From NCBI RefSeq assembly GCF_000143415.4, contig NW_003314311.1:134832-198831 (forward strand): DNA of 64,000 bases. The letters run 5' to 3'. Made by a program: the position numbers and the translations under genes. This DNA comes from Selaginella moellendorffii (Eukaryota > Plantae > Lycopodiophyta). Positions 50,667-64,000 of this stretch are shown piece after piece (within the stretch, counting starts at the first letter, position 1; each line of letters starts with the position of its first letter). The notes under the pieces are model-generated. The model ran no database searches. It was not told the origin of the DNA and saw only the letters and a list, made by a program, of their open reading frames with translations.

Positions 50667-52045
50667 TTGCACCATTCAATAAGAACGTTGTATGCATGTT
50701 TAGTTACTGATAGAGGTATGCATGCAACTAACAGGATGGTGAAACGGAACCGTGTTGATGATGCTGAAACCTCTAAATGGGCGAATCAAGAGGAGGAAAC
50801 TCTTGCTAGAGATGCTGCGGAAGAGGTAGAGGCTGAGTCAGAAGAGGAAGAGCCAGATGTTGCGGTGCTGCAGCATACGGCTCAGGAAGTCAAGATCGAG
50901 AATTTGCAAAAGGAGATTCGCAAATTGAAGAAGGAGAACAAGAAGAGGAAGAAAGAAGCTAAGGCAGCTAGACAAACTAAGCCTAAGCAACCGGACTCCT
51001 CTTCAAGTTCTGAGGATGATGAAGTTCTGCAGCCGCCCCTAGTTGTACGAGTTTCAAAGTTCAAGCCTCCGAAACCACCCAATTTCAGAGGCATGCGGGA
51101 CTATAAGGTTTTGGAAGACTGGGTTTACGATATAGAAAACTATTTCATAGCGACAGATGTAGATGATCGTACAAAATTTGCATGCGCACAATCTTTTCTT
51201 ACCGATCATGCCAAAACTTGGTGGTGCCAAGTGTGTGTTGAAAAAGGGCACACTAGAAGTTGGACCAAGATGCAGTTTTGCATCCGTAAGGAATACTTGC
51301 CGGATGATCTTGGTCTGAGACTTCGTGCGGAGCTGCGGCGGTTAAAGTAGCGAGGGGATCTTATGCATTACGTTAATGTGTTTGCTCAGAAGCACATTAT
51401 AATTGCAAATATGAAGATGCTCAGAGTTATTTTCTGGAAGGTTTAAGTTCACTTTCTCGCACTGAGATTTTGAAGTTTAAGCCAAAGACGTACCTAGAGT
51501 GTAAGAAGGCAGCACAGCAAGTTGCCTTTAGTCACTCGCTCATGGAACAATATCAACAACCATATGCTGGTAACTCGAATAAGAATAGGAATTCTGGGAA
51601 TAAACAAGGTGATTGGAAATAGAGGGTGGAAGGTAGGTTCCACCTTGGAGGCTCACAACCAATGGTTAACAAAGGTGGTTGGAGACCACCAGCAGCTTCT
51701 TTTGGTCCTAAGCCCTTTGTTCCTCCTCCTGGTGGGTACAAGCAGCAGCAACCTGCAAAACCTGCTCCTAGCGGAACAGGTAGTGTGGGTCATTGCTTCC
51801 ATTGTGGAGAGTCAGGACATAAGTTCTCGGAATGTCCTAACAAGCATAAGACAAGGTCTCATGTTAATGTCATGAGGGAAGATGGTGGTGGTGAAGCCGA
51901 AGGGGTTGACGAGTTGGTTAATGCAGACTATGAGGAAGAAGAGGTGAGTAACTTTCGTTGCTTTCCTCAAGCTTTTCTTGCAGTCAATGCAAAAACTGAT
52001 CTGTTAATGTATCTAGTAGACTTTGTCCGTGGACACCGAATCTGA
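50667..52045 (+). pseudogene. gag: gag (disrupted)
   Basis: PPNFRGMRDYKVLEDWVYDIENYF...LTDHAKTWW; zinc knuckle CFHCGESGHKFSEC; stops and frameshifts. Confidence 0.88.
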
Positions 52046-55000
52046 GTGATGATTGACATGGGAGCTACGCACGCGTGATATCTGAAGACTTAGTTAAGTT
52101 ATTAGGATTGAATGCTAAGCAAATGTCGCCTATGCACTTCCGGTTTGCGGAAGGTGGGCAAGTGGGCAGAAAGTTTGTGAGTGACATTCCAATAAAAATA
52201 TCCAAGTGGAAAGAAGGAGTGGACTTGGTAGTGTTGAAGATACCAGATTTTCAGGAGGGCCACTCAAAAAGCAGCTAAGAAGGGATGTCGGACCTTTTGG
52301 GTTCAAGTGAAGGAAGCTGAGAGTGTTGGTAACTCAGTTCGAATCAGTGACAGGGTTGATCCTATACCAAAGAAAATATTAGAGTTGTTGGCAAGGAATC
52401 AGGATATCTTCCTGAAGGATTTGCCGCCAGGGCTACCTTCTAGCCATGAGGTTGATCATCGGATTGAGGTTATTCCGGGTTCTAAACCACCTACGAAAGC
52501 TCCATATCGGTTGAACATCAAGGAGATGGCTGAACTCAAGAAGCAACTTACGGAGCTTCTTGACAAAGGTCATATCCGACCAAGCAAGTCACCTTATGGA
52601 GCGCCGGTCCTTTTTGTTATGAAAAAGGATGGAACCATGAGGATGTGTATCGACTATCGAGCACTCAACAAAATCACGGTCAAGAACAGTTATCCTTTGC
52701 CTCGCATTGATGACTTGTTTGACCAACTCTTAAAGGTTAAGTATTTTACGCGACTTGATTTGCAATCCGGGTATCATTAGATATGGGTGGCGGATCAGGA
52801 TGTGGAGAAGACAACCTTTAAGACTCGGTATAGATCTTATGAGTTCTTTGTCATGCCGTTCGGGTTATGCAATGCTCCGGCAACGTTCAGCACTATGATG
52901 GATAGAATATTCGGAGATTATTTGGACACATTCGTTGTCCTATACATCAACGATGTTCTAGTTTTCAATGAAACATTGGAGGATCATTTGAAACACTTGG
53001 AGTTGGTGTTTTAGAAATTGCAGGAACACAAATTGTATGCTAAGGAAAGTAAATGCGCTTTTGGACAATTGCGTGTAAACTTTCTCAGACATATAGTTGG
53101 TGGTGGCGTAATTGAGGTTAATCCAAAAAAGGTGGAAGCAGTGAAGCCTTAGGAAGTCCCGACCATTGTATCAAATGTTCGTTCCTTTCTCAGTTTGGCG
53201 GGATACTATTGCAAGTTTATCCGCAATTTTGCAAGAATTGCTCTTTCGTTGACTGAGTTGACAAAGAGTAATATACCGTTTTATTGGACACTAGCTTGCT
53301 AGCGTGCTTTTGTATGGTTGAAGGAGATCTTGACTATGATTCTTGTTCTCAGGATTCCAGATCTTGATAAACCCTTTGCATCTGGCTATGCTATTGGTGC
53401 CGTGTTGCAACAAGATTGTGACAAAGCGGTGTAAGCGATTAATTTTTCCATTTTACTTTAGTCACTTAACCGCACCTCCGACCACTTGAAGGAGTCTCAC
53501 TCACAACCTCCGTAAGTCTTATTTTGGACTTGGGCTTACTAGCCCCCAGAATGGCATCCTCGCCACTCAACCTATGCACTTGGTCCAAGTGCTCCACATG
53601 TCCGATCCCATGACTGACACCCCAAGGTACCACCAACATATCAGCCTGTTATGCTAAGGCTATGTCCATTCACCTTGGTCACAACGATGGTCTGACACCA
53701 CCTGCATCCCAGTCCCGTCACTCAAAGACTGGGACATCCATCCACGAGTGATCATCCCAGATCCACTCCTTAGCATCCTTAGGCTGCCCACAGACATGGG
53801 GATTAACCTTCCCCAATATCCCCGTTCCAGTCCCCACCAAGTCCCTTTTCGTCCTTGGCCGTGCTCGCCAACACTGCCACTGGATCAAGGCCCACGGGCC
53901 CGACTACTAAGTCCCACTGTCCTCTAGGATTTCCTCCTTGTGTGACCATGTCCTTGGTCACCACACCAGAGGACTACTCCTCTTCCTTTCCATAGTCTGG
54001 GACTTTGGGACAACATTTCGGAACACCGTGGCCCTACGTGGGCCTCGTGGGTACTCTCCCTGCCTTTCGCCTTTAGGTGCTCTAGCCATGGGCTTAGAGC
54101 GAGGTTCCATTGAGCCACACCAGGTATCCAAGTAGGTAGTGCCACCCACACTTGGACTGGGAGCATCGGCCAGACGATCTCCTGAGGGAACTAGAGCCGG
54201 CTCTTGAACACTTCACCAAGCTACCTCGCTTGTCGGTCCGTGTTCACTCTAGTCTTGGACTTCCCAGTGGTCAGCTCATCACCCAACACTGGGTGCAGCC
54301 TCTCTGGGCCAAACTGGCCTTTCCTGGCCAAACCGGCTCCACTGCAGTCCTCCCTCTTACTATACTTTTGGAGCTCACCAAACCCCCCAGGGTCTGGGAG
54401 ACGAACGCTTTGGGCTTTCACCCTCTCAGACTCGAACTCGGACTCGAACTCGAACTCGGACTCGGACTCGGACTCGGACTTGGACTCGAACTCGGACTCG
54501 GACTCGGACTCGGACTCGGACCCGGACTTGGCCTCGGCCTCGGCCTTGGTCTCGGTCTCGGTCCCGATCTCGGTCTCGGTCTCGGTCTTGGTCTCGGTCT
54601 CAATCTCGGTCTCGACCTCGGACTCCATCTCGGGTCCTTCTCAGACTCCATCTCGGATTCCATCTCGGGTCCATCTCGGACTCCATCTCGGACTCCGTCT
54701 CGGTCCATCTCGGACTCCATCTCGGTCCACCTCGGACTCCATCTCGGACTCCGTCTCGGTCCACCTCAGACTCCATCTCGGACTCCATCTCGGGCTCCAC
54801 TTCGGACTCCATCTCAGATCCATCTCGGGCTCCACTTCAGGTCCACCTCGGATACTTCCACGTGTCATGTGTTAGTCCTTTTGGGTCCCTTTTTGGAGCC
54901 TTGCTTATTGCTCGCTTCATGCTCATTCCTTGAGCACTCCGTTGGGAGTTCCCCAAACCCCCCAGGGTCTGGGAGACAAACGCTTTTTTCTTTCACCCTC

Positions 55001-57541
55001 TCAGACTCGAACTCGGACTCGAACTCGGACTCGGACTCGGACTCGGACTCAGACTCGGACTCGGACTCAGACCCGGACTCGGCCTCGGTCTCGGTCTCAG
55101 TCCCGATCTCGGTCTCGGTCTCGGTCTCGGTCTCGACCTCGGACTCCATCTCGGGTCCTTCTCGGACTCCATCTCGGATTCCATCTCGGGTCCATCTCGG
55201 ACTCCATCTCGGACTCCGTCTCGGTCCATCTCGGACTCCATCTCGGACTCCGTCTCAGTCCACCTCGGACTCCATCTCGGACTCCGTCTCGGTCCACCTC
55301 GGACTCCATCTCGGACTCCGTCTCGGTCCACCTCGGACTCCATCTCGGACTCCATCTCGGACTCCATCTCGGTCCACCTCGGACTCCATCTCGGACTCCA
55401 TCTCAGGCTCCACTTCGGACTCCATCTCAGGTCTATCTCGGGCTCCACTTCAGGTCCACCTCGGACACTTCCACGTGTCATGTGTTAGTCCTTTTGGGTC
55501 CCTTTTTGGAGCCTCGCTTATTGCTCGCTTCATGCTCGTTCCTTGAGCACTCTGTTGGGAGGTCCACTCCTGCTCTCAACCTCTCAAGTCAGAGCCTTTT
55601 AGTCCAAACGTGTTACGCTCGTTTGGCTTTTGCTTCGGCCACTACCACGTGGCACCCTTTCGGCTCCACTTTGGGGCCTAGGGATTTTGTGTCTCACAAG
55701 CGGTTGGTGTTACGCTAAGATGACATGGTTGTCCCGTTGCATTCTATTCCAAGAAATTGGATGAAACTCAATGAAGGTGGCCAACGCATGAGAAAGATAT
55801 GTTTGCTATAGTGTCGGCCTTGGAACACTGGAGACACTACTTGGGTGGACATACCAAGGTTTATATAAATAATAACACACTGAGCTACTTTGCTACGCGG
55901 CCTAAGCTTATGCCGAAGCAGGCTCGTTGGCAAGAGAAGCTTGCTAGATATGATATTGAAATCATATATAAACCTGGTAAAGACAATATTGTTCCAGATG
56001 CATTGAGTCGTTAGGCTTAGTTTCAGGCAATATTGGCAATCAGTTCAGACTGATTGGAGGATGTTCAGGTTTCATACGGAAGTGACCCATTGGCGAAGGC
56101 AATCTTGCACCATGTGGAGTTGGTGAAGCAGAAACCTGGTAGTGAAGTGGCGAAAGTTGCTGGTCGAACCAATGCAAAGCTTCACTTCTCAGCTTGGGAT
56201 GGGCTTATATTGTATAAGCAAGAAAGATTGTATCTTCCCTCTAAGGATCTGCAACAGTTGTTTCTGCGGGAATATCATGATGTTCCAGCAGCGGGATATG
56301 GTGGACAGCGAAAGACTTTGGCTTCATTGAAAAAGGGATTATTCTTGTCTGATATGGAAGGTGATGTAGCGGATTATGTCCATTCCTGCCCTATATGCCA
56401 GCAATGTAAGCGCAGAACTGAGAAGCAGGCTGGAAAGTTGTAGTGCATTCTAGCACCAGCATGGCCATTTCAAAGTGTGACACTTGATTTCGTCACTTTC
56501 TTGCCGAAGTCTAAGGGTTATGATACTTTGATGGTGGTTGTGGATCAGTTGTCAAAGATTGCACACTTCATTCCAACTGTGGGAACAGTAAATTCGAAAC
56601 AAGCAGCAAAGCTCTTTTTCCATGAAGTAGTGCGGGTTCGTGGTCTTCCTGAAGAGATGATTTCGGATAGAGATTCAAGGTTTACGGGGAAGTTTTGGGG
56701 CATACTGTTCCAGTTGTTCTGTACCAAGTTGAAGTTTAGTATGGCTTATCATCCTCAAACTGATGGGCAAATTGAACGCATGAATGCTCAAGTTGAGGAT
56801 TATCTGCAGTACTATGTCACGGCGGACCAACGTGATTGGGTTGAGCATTTGGATATAGCAGAAATATATTATAACAACACATTTCATAGCGCTATAGGTT
56901 GTTCTCCATGGGAGATGCTACAAGGGAATGCTCGTGGGGTTCCTCAACAGATTGTTGTACCGAAACCAATATCTGATGTGTTGGTCCCGGCTGTTGAGAC
57001 TTATGCAGAGCAGCTATGCCAAGGTTGGTCTAGAGCTACTGAGGTGATGAGCAAAGCTCAAGATAGGTATCGACGTGACAAGGATTAACATCGTCAGGAT
57101 GTATCCTATCAAGTGGGAGATCAGGTATGGCTATCTTCCCGGAACTTGAACATTAAGGGATCTTTGTCTCGGAAGCTGTTACCGAGATATGTTAGACCCT
57201 ATTGGGTGTTAAAACGTCTTGGTGATGTATCCTATTAATTGGATATTCCATAAAAGATGTCCAGCCTTCATGATGTGTTTCATGTCAGTTTACTGGCCCC
57301 ATATCATGAGGATCCTGGCCACTCTAGGGATGTTGGTCTAGCTCCGGATGTTATTGATGGTGAACCGGAGTATGAGGTTGAGGCTATCCTTTTGTCTCAT
57401 AAGGAATGTGGTGGTCGTGCGAAGGAATATCTATTTAAGTGGAAAGGTTACCCATCTTGTGAATCAACTTGGGAACCTCTTAGGAATCTTACACATGCTC
57501 GTGAGCTTGTCACGGAGTATGAGAATAGTAATAAAAAATAA
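52046..57541 (+). pseudogene. pol: pol (protease-RT-RNaseH-integrase-chromodomain), disrupted and interrupted by a solo LTR
   Basis: MIDMGATH; [24 protein letters not shown]; MPFGLCNAPATF..YINDV; NIVPDALSR; AYHPQTDGQIER; EYEVEAIL...YLFKWKGYPSCESTWEP (chromodomain). Confidence 0.93.
53430..55698 (-). mobile_element. Solo LTR of family LTR-A with internal tandem duplication, inserted in chromovirus RNase H
   Basis: TGTAAGCG...GTCTCACA on + strand; TSD AGCGG (53425-53429 / 55699-55703); segment 54378-54952 repeated at 54953-55565. Confidence 0.95.
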
Positions 57542-59073
57542 CTTTTGTAAACCTTGTAATAAATCTTGCAAATTAATAAAGTCATATATTTGTATAAATC
57601 AAAGTGTCATTTCTATCGTTCATTACTACTTGGGTCAGTTTTGGTAGGTTGACTTCAGCACTTCGGTGCATGGGTCCAATCCATAACCACAGGGATAACT
57701 ATTATAGACTGATCATAAGTCCCTGCCTCTCTCTCGATGGCTCATTTTCGAAAAGGGGCATGGTCATGAAAACAACTTAATCTGCCAATTTATAATAGTT
57801 GTCTAAATCTTCCCAATGGGGTTGATTTCTTGCTCAGGGGAAGTTGGGCCTCTGGCCTTCTCCCTATATCCCTACAGACAGGGATGTATCATTCCTTTGT
57901 AAGCCGAGTGGTACTCAGAGCAGCAAGGGTGGCTAACTCCGTTAGTCATTTCTTTGTCGGTGATAGCTGGAGGGTGTCTGAGTTTTAACGTCTTTGGACG
58001 TAGAGGAGAGGTCATTCCATAACTCATTTAAGTCGGTGTGTTTCCCACATAGTGTGCTTTCCGTTAACTTTCGGAGTTGTTTCCTTGACGGTTTGCTAGA
58101 CTCGGGTATACATCGACGAGGATGTCGATCTTCCCTAAGGGAGGGAGAGTGTTGCAAATATGACTTCAGGTATTGAAAGATACTTGTTGGTTAGTCCTTA
58201 TGGACACTCTCTTTTTACTGCCCCAACGGTAGGAAGTTAGTACTGTTGGTTCCCTTTATGGTCTCCGCCCAAGCTAGTTGAGAAATTGGTTAGCACATGT
58301 GCACTTAGACTAGAAGGGCACTAAGGAAGGAAATCCTAAGTTGTCATTAAGTCAAGCATACTTGACACGGTGATGAGAAACTCATGATGCTGACTTGCAC
58401 TTACTAGTGTTGGGAACCCCCGCGATATTGAGACTAGTCCCTCAATATTCGCTAAATGATAGCTTACCGTGTCTACCAAACACCCTCACTATCATGCCTT
58501 TTGTGTTAATCTCATTTTGGTCCCAAATGCTATTTATGAAAAGTGTCTCGATTTGCTCATTTGGCATATCTACGGAATGTAGAGGATGACCTGAACACAA
58601 TGGTGTTCATCCCATGTCCAAATTCGCAATCTAGCACCATTCCATATTTATTAAATTTCGAGCTTGTCCCAGAGACTAACTCTTGATACTAAGGGAGACT
58701 TGGGGTGAAAGCCCAAAGCGTGTGTTCCTCAAAGGGGGGGGGGGCTGTGGGGGGTTCCAAATGTATAGTAGGGATAATGGTTGGAATGCATATCCGACCA
58801 CCTGAGACATTAGTTTGGCTCCTACTGGGCTGTGTCTCTCCTTGTTCTGCGTTCGGCTTGGGTCTAAGCCCAAGCTCCACGCTGCTCTAGTCGGTGGGGT
58901 ACCCTCCTCCTCGCGTTAGGCCACTAGTATGCCAAAACTGTGCCAGACTCCGTCTGACACCATTTTGTGTGTAGGTGCTAGATATGGGGAGCTGGTGTTC
59001 ATGGGATTGTACCGGACCCTCATTTCGTAGCACAACAGGCTTGGAGCTTGGCTCCAAATTCAAGTGCGTTACA

Positions 59074-59425
59074 GTAGCTCTCTCGAGAGCCTTGCTCTTT
59101 TGACATCCTACCCCTTAGGTCATGCCCAATTGAAAGTAAATTGGACATGCTAGATGTCAATTTTAACATGTGGTGTATTCCCCTAAGCCAACTAACAAAG
59201 TCGAACCCGAAACCCCCTTTGATACCAAATATAAACTCTTATATTTAGACTTTCTAGAAGGTTATTCAACCCAATACTATTTAAACCCAAAAATGCTTAA
59301 CCCCAAATATCCCAAGACCCTTAATTGATTGAAAAACGGGGTGCATTTTTGTTCATAGGCTCTTTTTTTTTATATATTTGAACCCCATGGATCATCTCTC
59401 AAGTCGTTTTCTTTGGTTGGTTATA
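59074..59425 (-). mobile_element. Old truncated Cassandra (5' LTR 59230-59425, PBS and most of the interior)
   Basis: Reverse-complement match to 9410-9755 (agctctctcgagagcc, tgataccaaa, tcccaagacccttaa, tttgaaccccatggatc) with heavy C>T decay. Confidence 0.88.
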
Positions 59426-60949
59426 AGGATGTCACACTAAACCTCTCTAGCCATAGGATATTAATTGTGGCCTCACCTACAACAATTGTGGCATCTTCCA
59501 TGATCACTAATACTTCACTCAACCACCAAATTCTTGTGAACACTTATGACTCCATTCACTACTTTGGAGACTCTTCCCTCTATGCTCTAGTGGCTCCAAA
59601 CATTGCCACACACAGTTGAGCTCCAGATTTCCTCATTTTGGTAATGTTATTTGCTTTGGGCCTACATAACATCATACATTAGAGGGAGATACAGCCAGCT
59701 TTTGCAGCATCTCTAGCCTCTTTCAAAACTCTTTGGGACCTCCTAGCATAGGCTCAATCACTACTCAATCCATGCAATTCCAATGAGGCAAGCCCTTTCA
59801 TGAGGGAAAACTTGTGATGCTCCAAGATTTTGCATCACCCATAAAGTTTTCCCCTAGGTGGCTTAGTCCATTCTTCATCAAGAAACACATTGAAGGTGGT
59901 GTTTACATCCTTATAGTGAGGTAGGCCAGAAGTCGCCACACACTCACAACCATCACCACCTTAAGATCTTTTGGCAGTATTTCACTCTCTTTTTCTTTTG
60001 TTTCTTTTATTTTTCTTTCTTTTCTTCTGCTTTCATCTCTTCGTTGTCATATCAAAGATGTGATTCTTAGGATGGAGTAAGCACGAGCCTGGAGTTTCAT
60101 CATAAGGCTGCATTAACTCCTCTCATCTGGGAGCTCATCCATTTCACAATTTACTTTTTACGGTTCTTGGGTTTTTTTAACATGATTTCATTCCATCTAT
60201 CGTCAATATCACTCTCCATAACTCACAGACACAATCCATTCATTTTGCTACTTGTTACACCATTGTTTATCACTCACTACAATTGCCTAGTTCACATTTC
60301 TTCACTTTTCTCACCATGTACGCATGATCTAGGGATCCAATTATGTCACTCTATTTATCATCACCATACACAGCAAATGCATCAAAAAGCAGCAAAATCT
60401 AACGTGCCAAACTCAAAATATAACACAGACTATCTCAATGCAACAGGTCTAGGCAAATCTAGGACACTTAACAACTGATTTCTAAGAGTTGGTTGGATTT
60501 GATGAGCATAAGAAACTAGGCATTACTTTGGATGAACATTTATCCAATCCCACATTTCTACAGCAACAGGACACAGTGATCTCAACAGATGTTTGCAAAG
60601 ATTGCAAGCTTTTTCTTCTTCTGTGACAAGCACACATGCTGCCAACCACTTCAGCCATTATCACTCCATTATAATCAACCATCACTGTCCATCTATTAGG
60701 CTGCTGTCTTCCATTATTCTTGCAGTTACCATTCTTGAGCAACACATTCACTTCCATCACTTCATTCCCTTGGAACTTTGAGAGCAATTGGACTATGTTT
60801 GAGGCACTTTCTAGAGGTGAAGAGGCTTTAAATTGGAGTCCAGATAAGTGGTTCTCCTATTTAGTCTCATGTTTCCATCTTCTCTTTTCTATTTTTTCTT
60901 TTTCTTAATCTTTTTTTCTTTTTTCTTTGTTTCAATTTCACTTGTCTTT

Positions 60950-62628
60950 TTTGTAACTGAACTAGTCTGGTTCAGCAGCACACCAAACTTGCCTAATTCC
61001 CTATGAATATGTATGCCCACCATTCCTCACTTCACCCACCTCACCCACCTAGCTCCTCACTCACCCACCAAGCTCCTCACTTCATCCATCTCACCCATCT
61101 ACCTGCCCAACTCCTCACCCACCCACATACCTTCTCCAACTGCTCATCTCGCCTCACCCATCTAGCTGGCAATTTCTTTAAGTGCATCTCCAATCTAATA
61201 TACTAAGTATTAATTTCTTCAATTTTAGGATAATCTCATTTATCAATATGCTCAAGTGTATATATTTGATGGTGAAATGTGCTTGTGTATTATCCAAGTG
61301 TGTCATGGCACTCTAGCAATAGAACACTTTGGTGTTTACAAGACATTATAATTTTTTGCCCCATATACATAAGTATGTTAAACACTTTATCCATATTGAC
61401 AATATGTATTAATGGACTAAGATGCCTTAATATACTTTGTTTGGTCTTTTCCAACACTTTTATTTTACTCCAGGGCCTTGCAATTCCTTTTGTTATGGTC
61501 GATTGACAATTTTATATCAGAGAGTTTAACACAAATCCATATTTTCTTCTCAAAATCCAAGTACAATTGTAAATCTTCCTATCAAATTGGTTGAAGGAAA
61601 AGTGAGAGAAAGCTAAAATTGTAGAGCTACTCACATATCTAGAGCACATTTTTCAGCACAAATGACAATGAACTCTTGATGAGCTAGATTCATGTGACAA
61701 TCATTCTTCAAATTTACTTATGGATGGTAAATATAGTTATTATTAGTGATAAGTAAGAATATTAATAGTTACTAGAAAACTAGAGTTAAAATCACAATTT
61801 TTAGATTAAAGAATATCCTAAAATATGCCTGAATAATCTTGGTATAGTCCTTATACCCTCTAGAAACAAAAATTGGTCATTAAATAAAATCTTATATACA
61901 ATCTATTGTTCATTGTATAAAATAATTTAGTAAAAGAAAAGTTGTAGATCTTAAAAAGGATCTAAAATCTAACTAGTGATATGTTATTTAACTGATTTTT
62001 CTCATTTATAAATAGAAATATAAATTATTGGGTAATTGGGATTATATATGCAATAAAATATAGGAAATNNNNNNNNNNNNNNNNNNNNNNNNNNNNNNNN
62101 NNNNNNNNNNNNNNNNNNNNNNNNNNNNNNNNNNNNNNNNNNNNNNNNNNNNNNNNNNNNNNNNNNNNGTATATTAAAGCATCTTGGGTCCATTAAATAC
62201 ATATTGTAAATATGGATAAAGTGTTTAACATACTTATGTATATGGGGCATAAATTATAATGTCTTGTAGACACCAAAGTGTTCTATTGCTAGAGTGCCAT
62301 GGCACACTTGAATAATACACAAGTACATCTCACCATCAAGTATATACACCTGAGCATATCGATAAAGGAGATTATCCCAAAATTGAAGAAATCAATACTT
62401 GCTATATTAGGTTGGAGACACTTATAGAAATTGCCAATTAGGTGGGTGAGGCAAGATGGGCAAGTGGACAAGACATGTGGGTGGGTGAGATGGATGAAGT
62501 GAGGAGCTTGGTGGGTGAGCAAGGAGCTACATGGGTGAGGTGGGTGAAGTGAGGAATGGTGGGCATACATGTCTGCAAGGAATTGGGCAAGTCTGGTTTG
62601 CCGTTGAACCAGATTAGTTTGGCTACAG
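60950..62628. repeat. Pair of ~470-bp inverted repeats (60950-61437 and 62169-62628) containing CTCACCCAC-rich tracts
   Basis: Homologous ORFs MYAHHSSLHPPHP on opposite strands; diverged copies; right arm abuts an N gap. Confidence 0.85.
62069..62168. other. Assembly gap (100 N)
   Basis: Run of N. Confidence 1.
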
Positions 62629-63013
62629 GCAAACGGGGTGCATGGGCAAGGAGATAGATGGTGTAGTGCACAGTTTTTACCCTATAATGATTTATTATAG
62701 GATAACCACAGAATGAAATCTTAACTCTTGGATACATGGGTAAAGAGTAGTGGAGTGGAACTCAAGTTTCAAGGCTTTTAAGCCACTGAATGAAAGGATA
62801 GAACCAAACTCTCAAGCATATAACCAAAAAGCAAAAGGATAAAAGCACAGAGGGATATAAGAATAGTCTTAGAGTATATAACAACCCAATGTTAAGACTA
62901 ATATACAAAATAGAGCCAAATGATGGAGTCTTCAGCATACCAATAGCCTAACACAACAATATAGGTATTCCACAAATTAGTATAGGCTTAGACCCAAACC
63001 AAGTGTAGACTAT

Positions 63014-63113
63014 NNNNNNNNNNNNNNNNNNNNNNNNNNNNNNNNNNNNNNNNNNNNNNNNNNNNNNNNNNNNNNNNNNNNNNNNNNNNNNNNNNNNNNN
63101 NNNNNNNNNNNNN
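63014..63113. other. Assembly gap (100 N)
   Basis: Run of N. Confidence 1.
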
Positions 63114-64000
63114 ATGTTAAGTCTAGTTTACTAATAATTGAACTAAGTATTTCAATTAAGTTATCATCCGATAAAACTAGTATAGTATAAGTCTTTAGCA
63201 ATATAAGGTGCAAATACACACCTCAAGCTTTGTATATGTTATACATTTTATGCATCTAAATGCCAATGTCGTAGAAACCACCAAGATCATAGTTTAAAGA
63301 TATAGAATATATCATTTAAGAAAATTCAATAGCAAGTATATAATTAATAAAACTTAAAGAAAATACTTAATGACTAAATATTGTAGATAGTATGCTAAGT
63401 ACAAAAAGGACACAAGTATCATTAATGGAAAACATCCTAATCTATTAGAACCAACAGTAGTAATAATCATTATAACATAATGAATATTGCAAGGGTCAAA
63501 AAACACCTATATATGCTAATTATTATACTAGCCAGTTTGAATAAATCTCAGTCAATAATATAAAAAAACCTTGAGTTACATAAGCAAGTGTTAGCAACAT
63601 TCTATTGATTTTTCAAACTCAAAAGACCAATCTAAATTAAACCACGAAAAACATATGGCAATACAGAAAGCTAGAAGCTATCAAGATAACAATTAACTAT
63701 CACGAAAATTATCTATCATTCCATCAATAGAGATGCACAATCATTATTGAATAACAATCCATCATCTCAAATAATAGCAAATCATCCAACATCAATAATA
63801 ATTAAGCAAGACCTCAACTATCTTAGATAATAATTAATTATCACATTGATTGTTAGATGTAAACCCCAATTTAAACATCAAAACTAATGAGCCAAAATAC
63901 TTTCCCCAACAACTTTTAGCAAATGAAATAATGAGTATAAGACCTCAAGGACCAAGAGCTTAAAAACATTTATAGCTAAGTCTCATATCATAATAATCAT

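Larger units (their letters stand above)
49478..59073 (+). mobile_element. Full-length but decayed chromovirus (Ty3/Gypsy) LTR retrotransposon
   Basis: LTRs 49478-50389 and 58150-59073; Met PBS TGGTATCAAAG at 50392; PPT AAGGGAGGGAGAG; gag, PR, RT, RH, INT and chromodomain in order. Confidence 0.95.

Overview
Repeat-dense, CG-depleted eukaryotic DNA. It looks like a non-seed land plant, which is an inference from the Cassandra TRIM, chromovirus and Athila/Tat-type Gypsy elements, a Penelope-like RT and ~50-nt introns. No host gene is recognisable. Most of the window is nested LTR retroelements: a young intact Cassandra (9410-10002), a family with 1.7-2.3 kb microsatellite-bearing LTRs (16397-23898, plus solo LTRs at 38341-40264 and 53430-55698) and a decayed chromovirus (49478-59073). 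The standout is a >=14 kb DNA-transposon-like element (~26657-40830). It carries a Sola-like (DUF7869-type) DDD transposase head-to-head with an 11-exon gene whose reconstructed product has a ParB/Srx-like domain, a degenerate beta-class amino-DNA-methyltransferase fold and the start of an FCP1/NIF-like HAD domain. The element is marked by ~28 copies of a 22-bp palindrome (ATGGCRTG-N6-CAYGCCAT), mostly in introns and intergenic DNA, and I saw none elsewhere in the window. This suggests a transposon-encoded ParB/parS-like self-recognition or anti-silencing system (hypothesis). A second decayed methyltransferase-like remnant lies at ~46110-46813. All domain assignments are from motif recognition by eye, not database searches.
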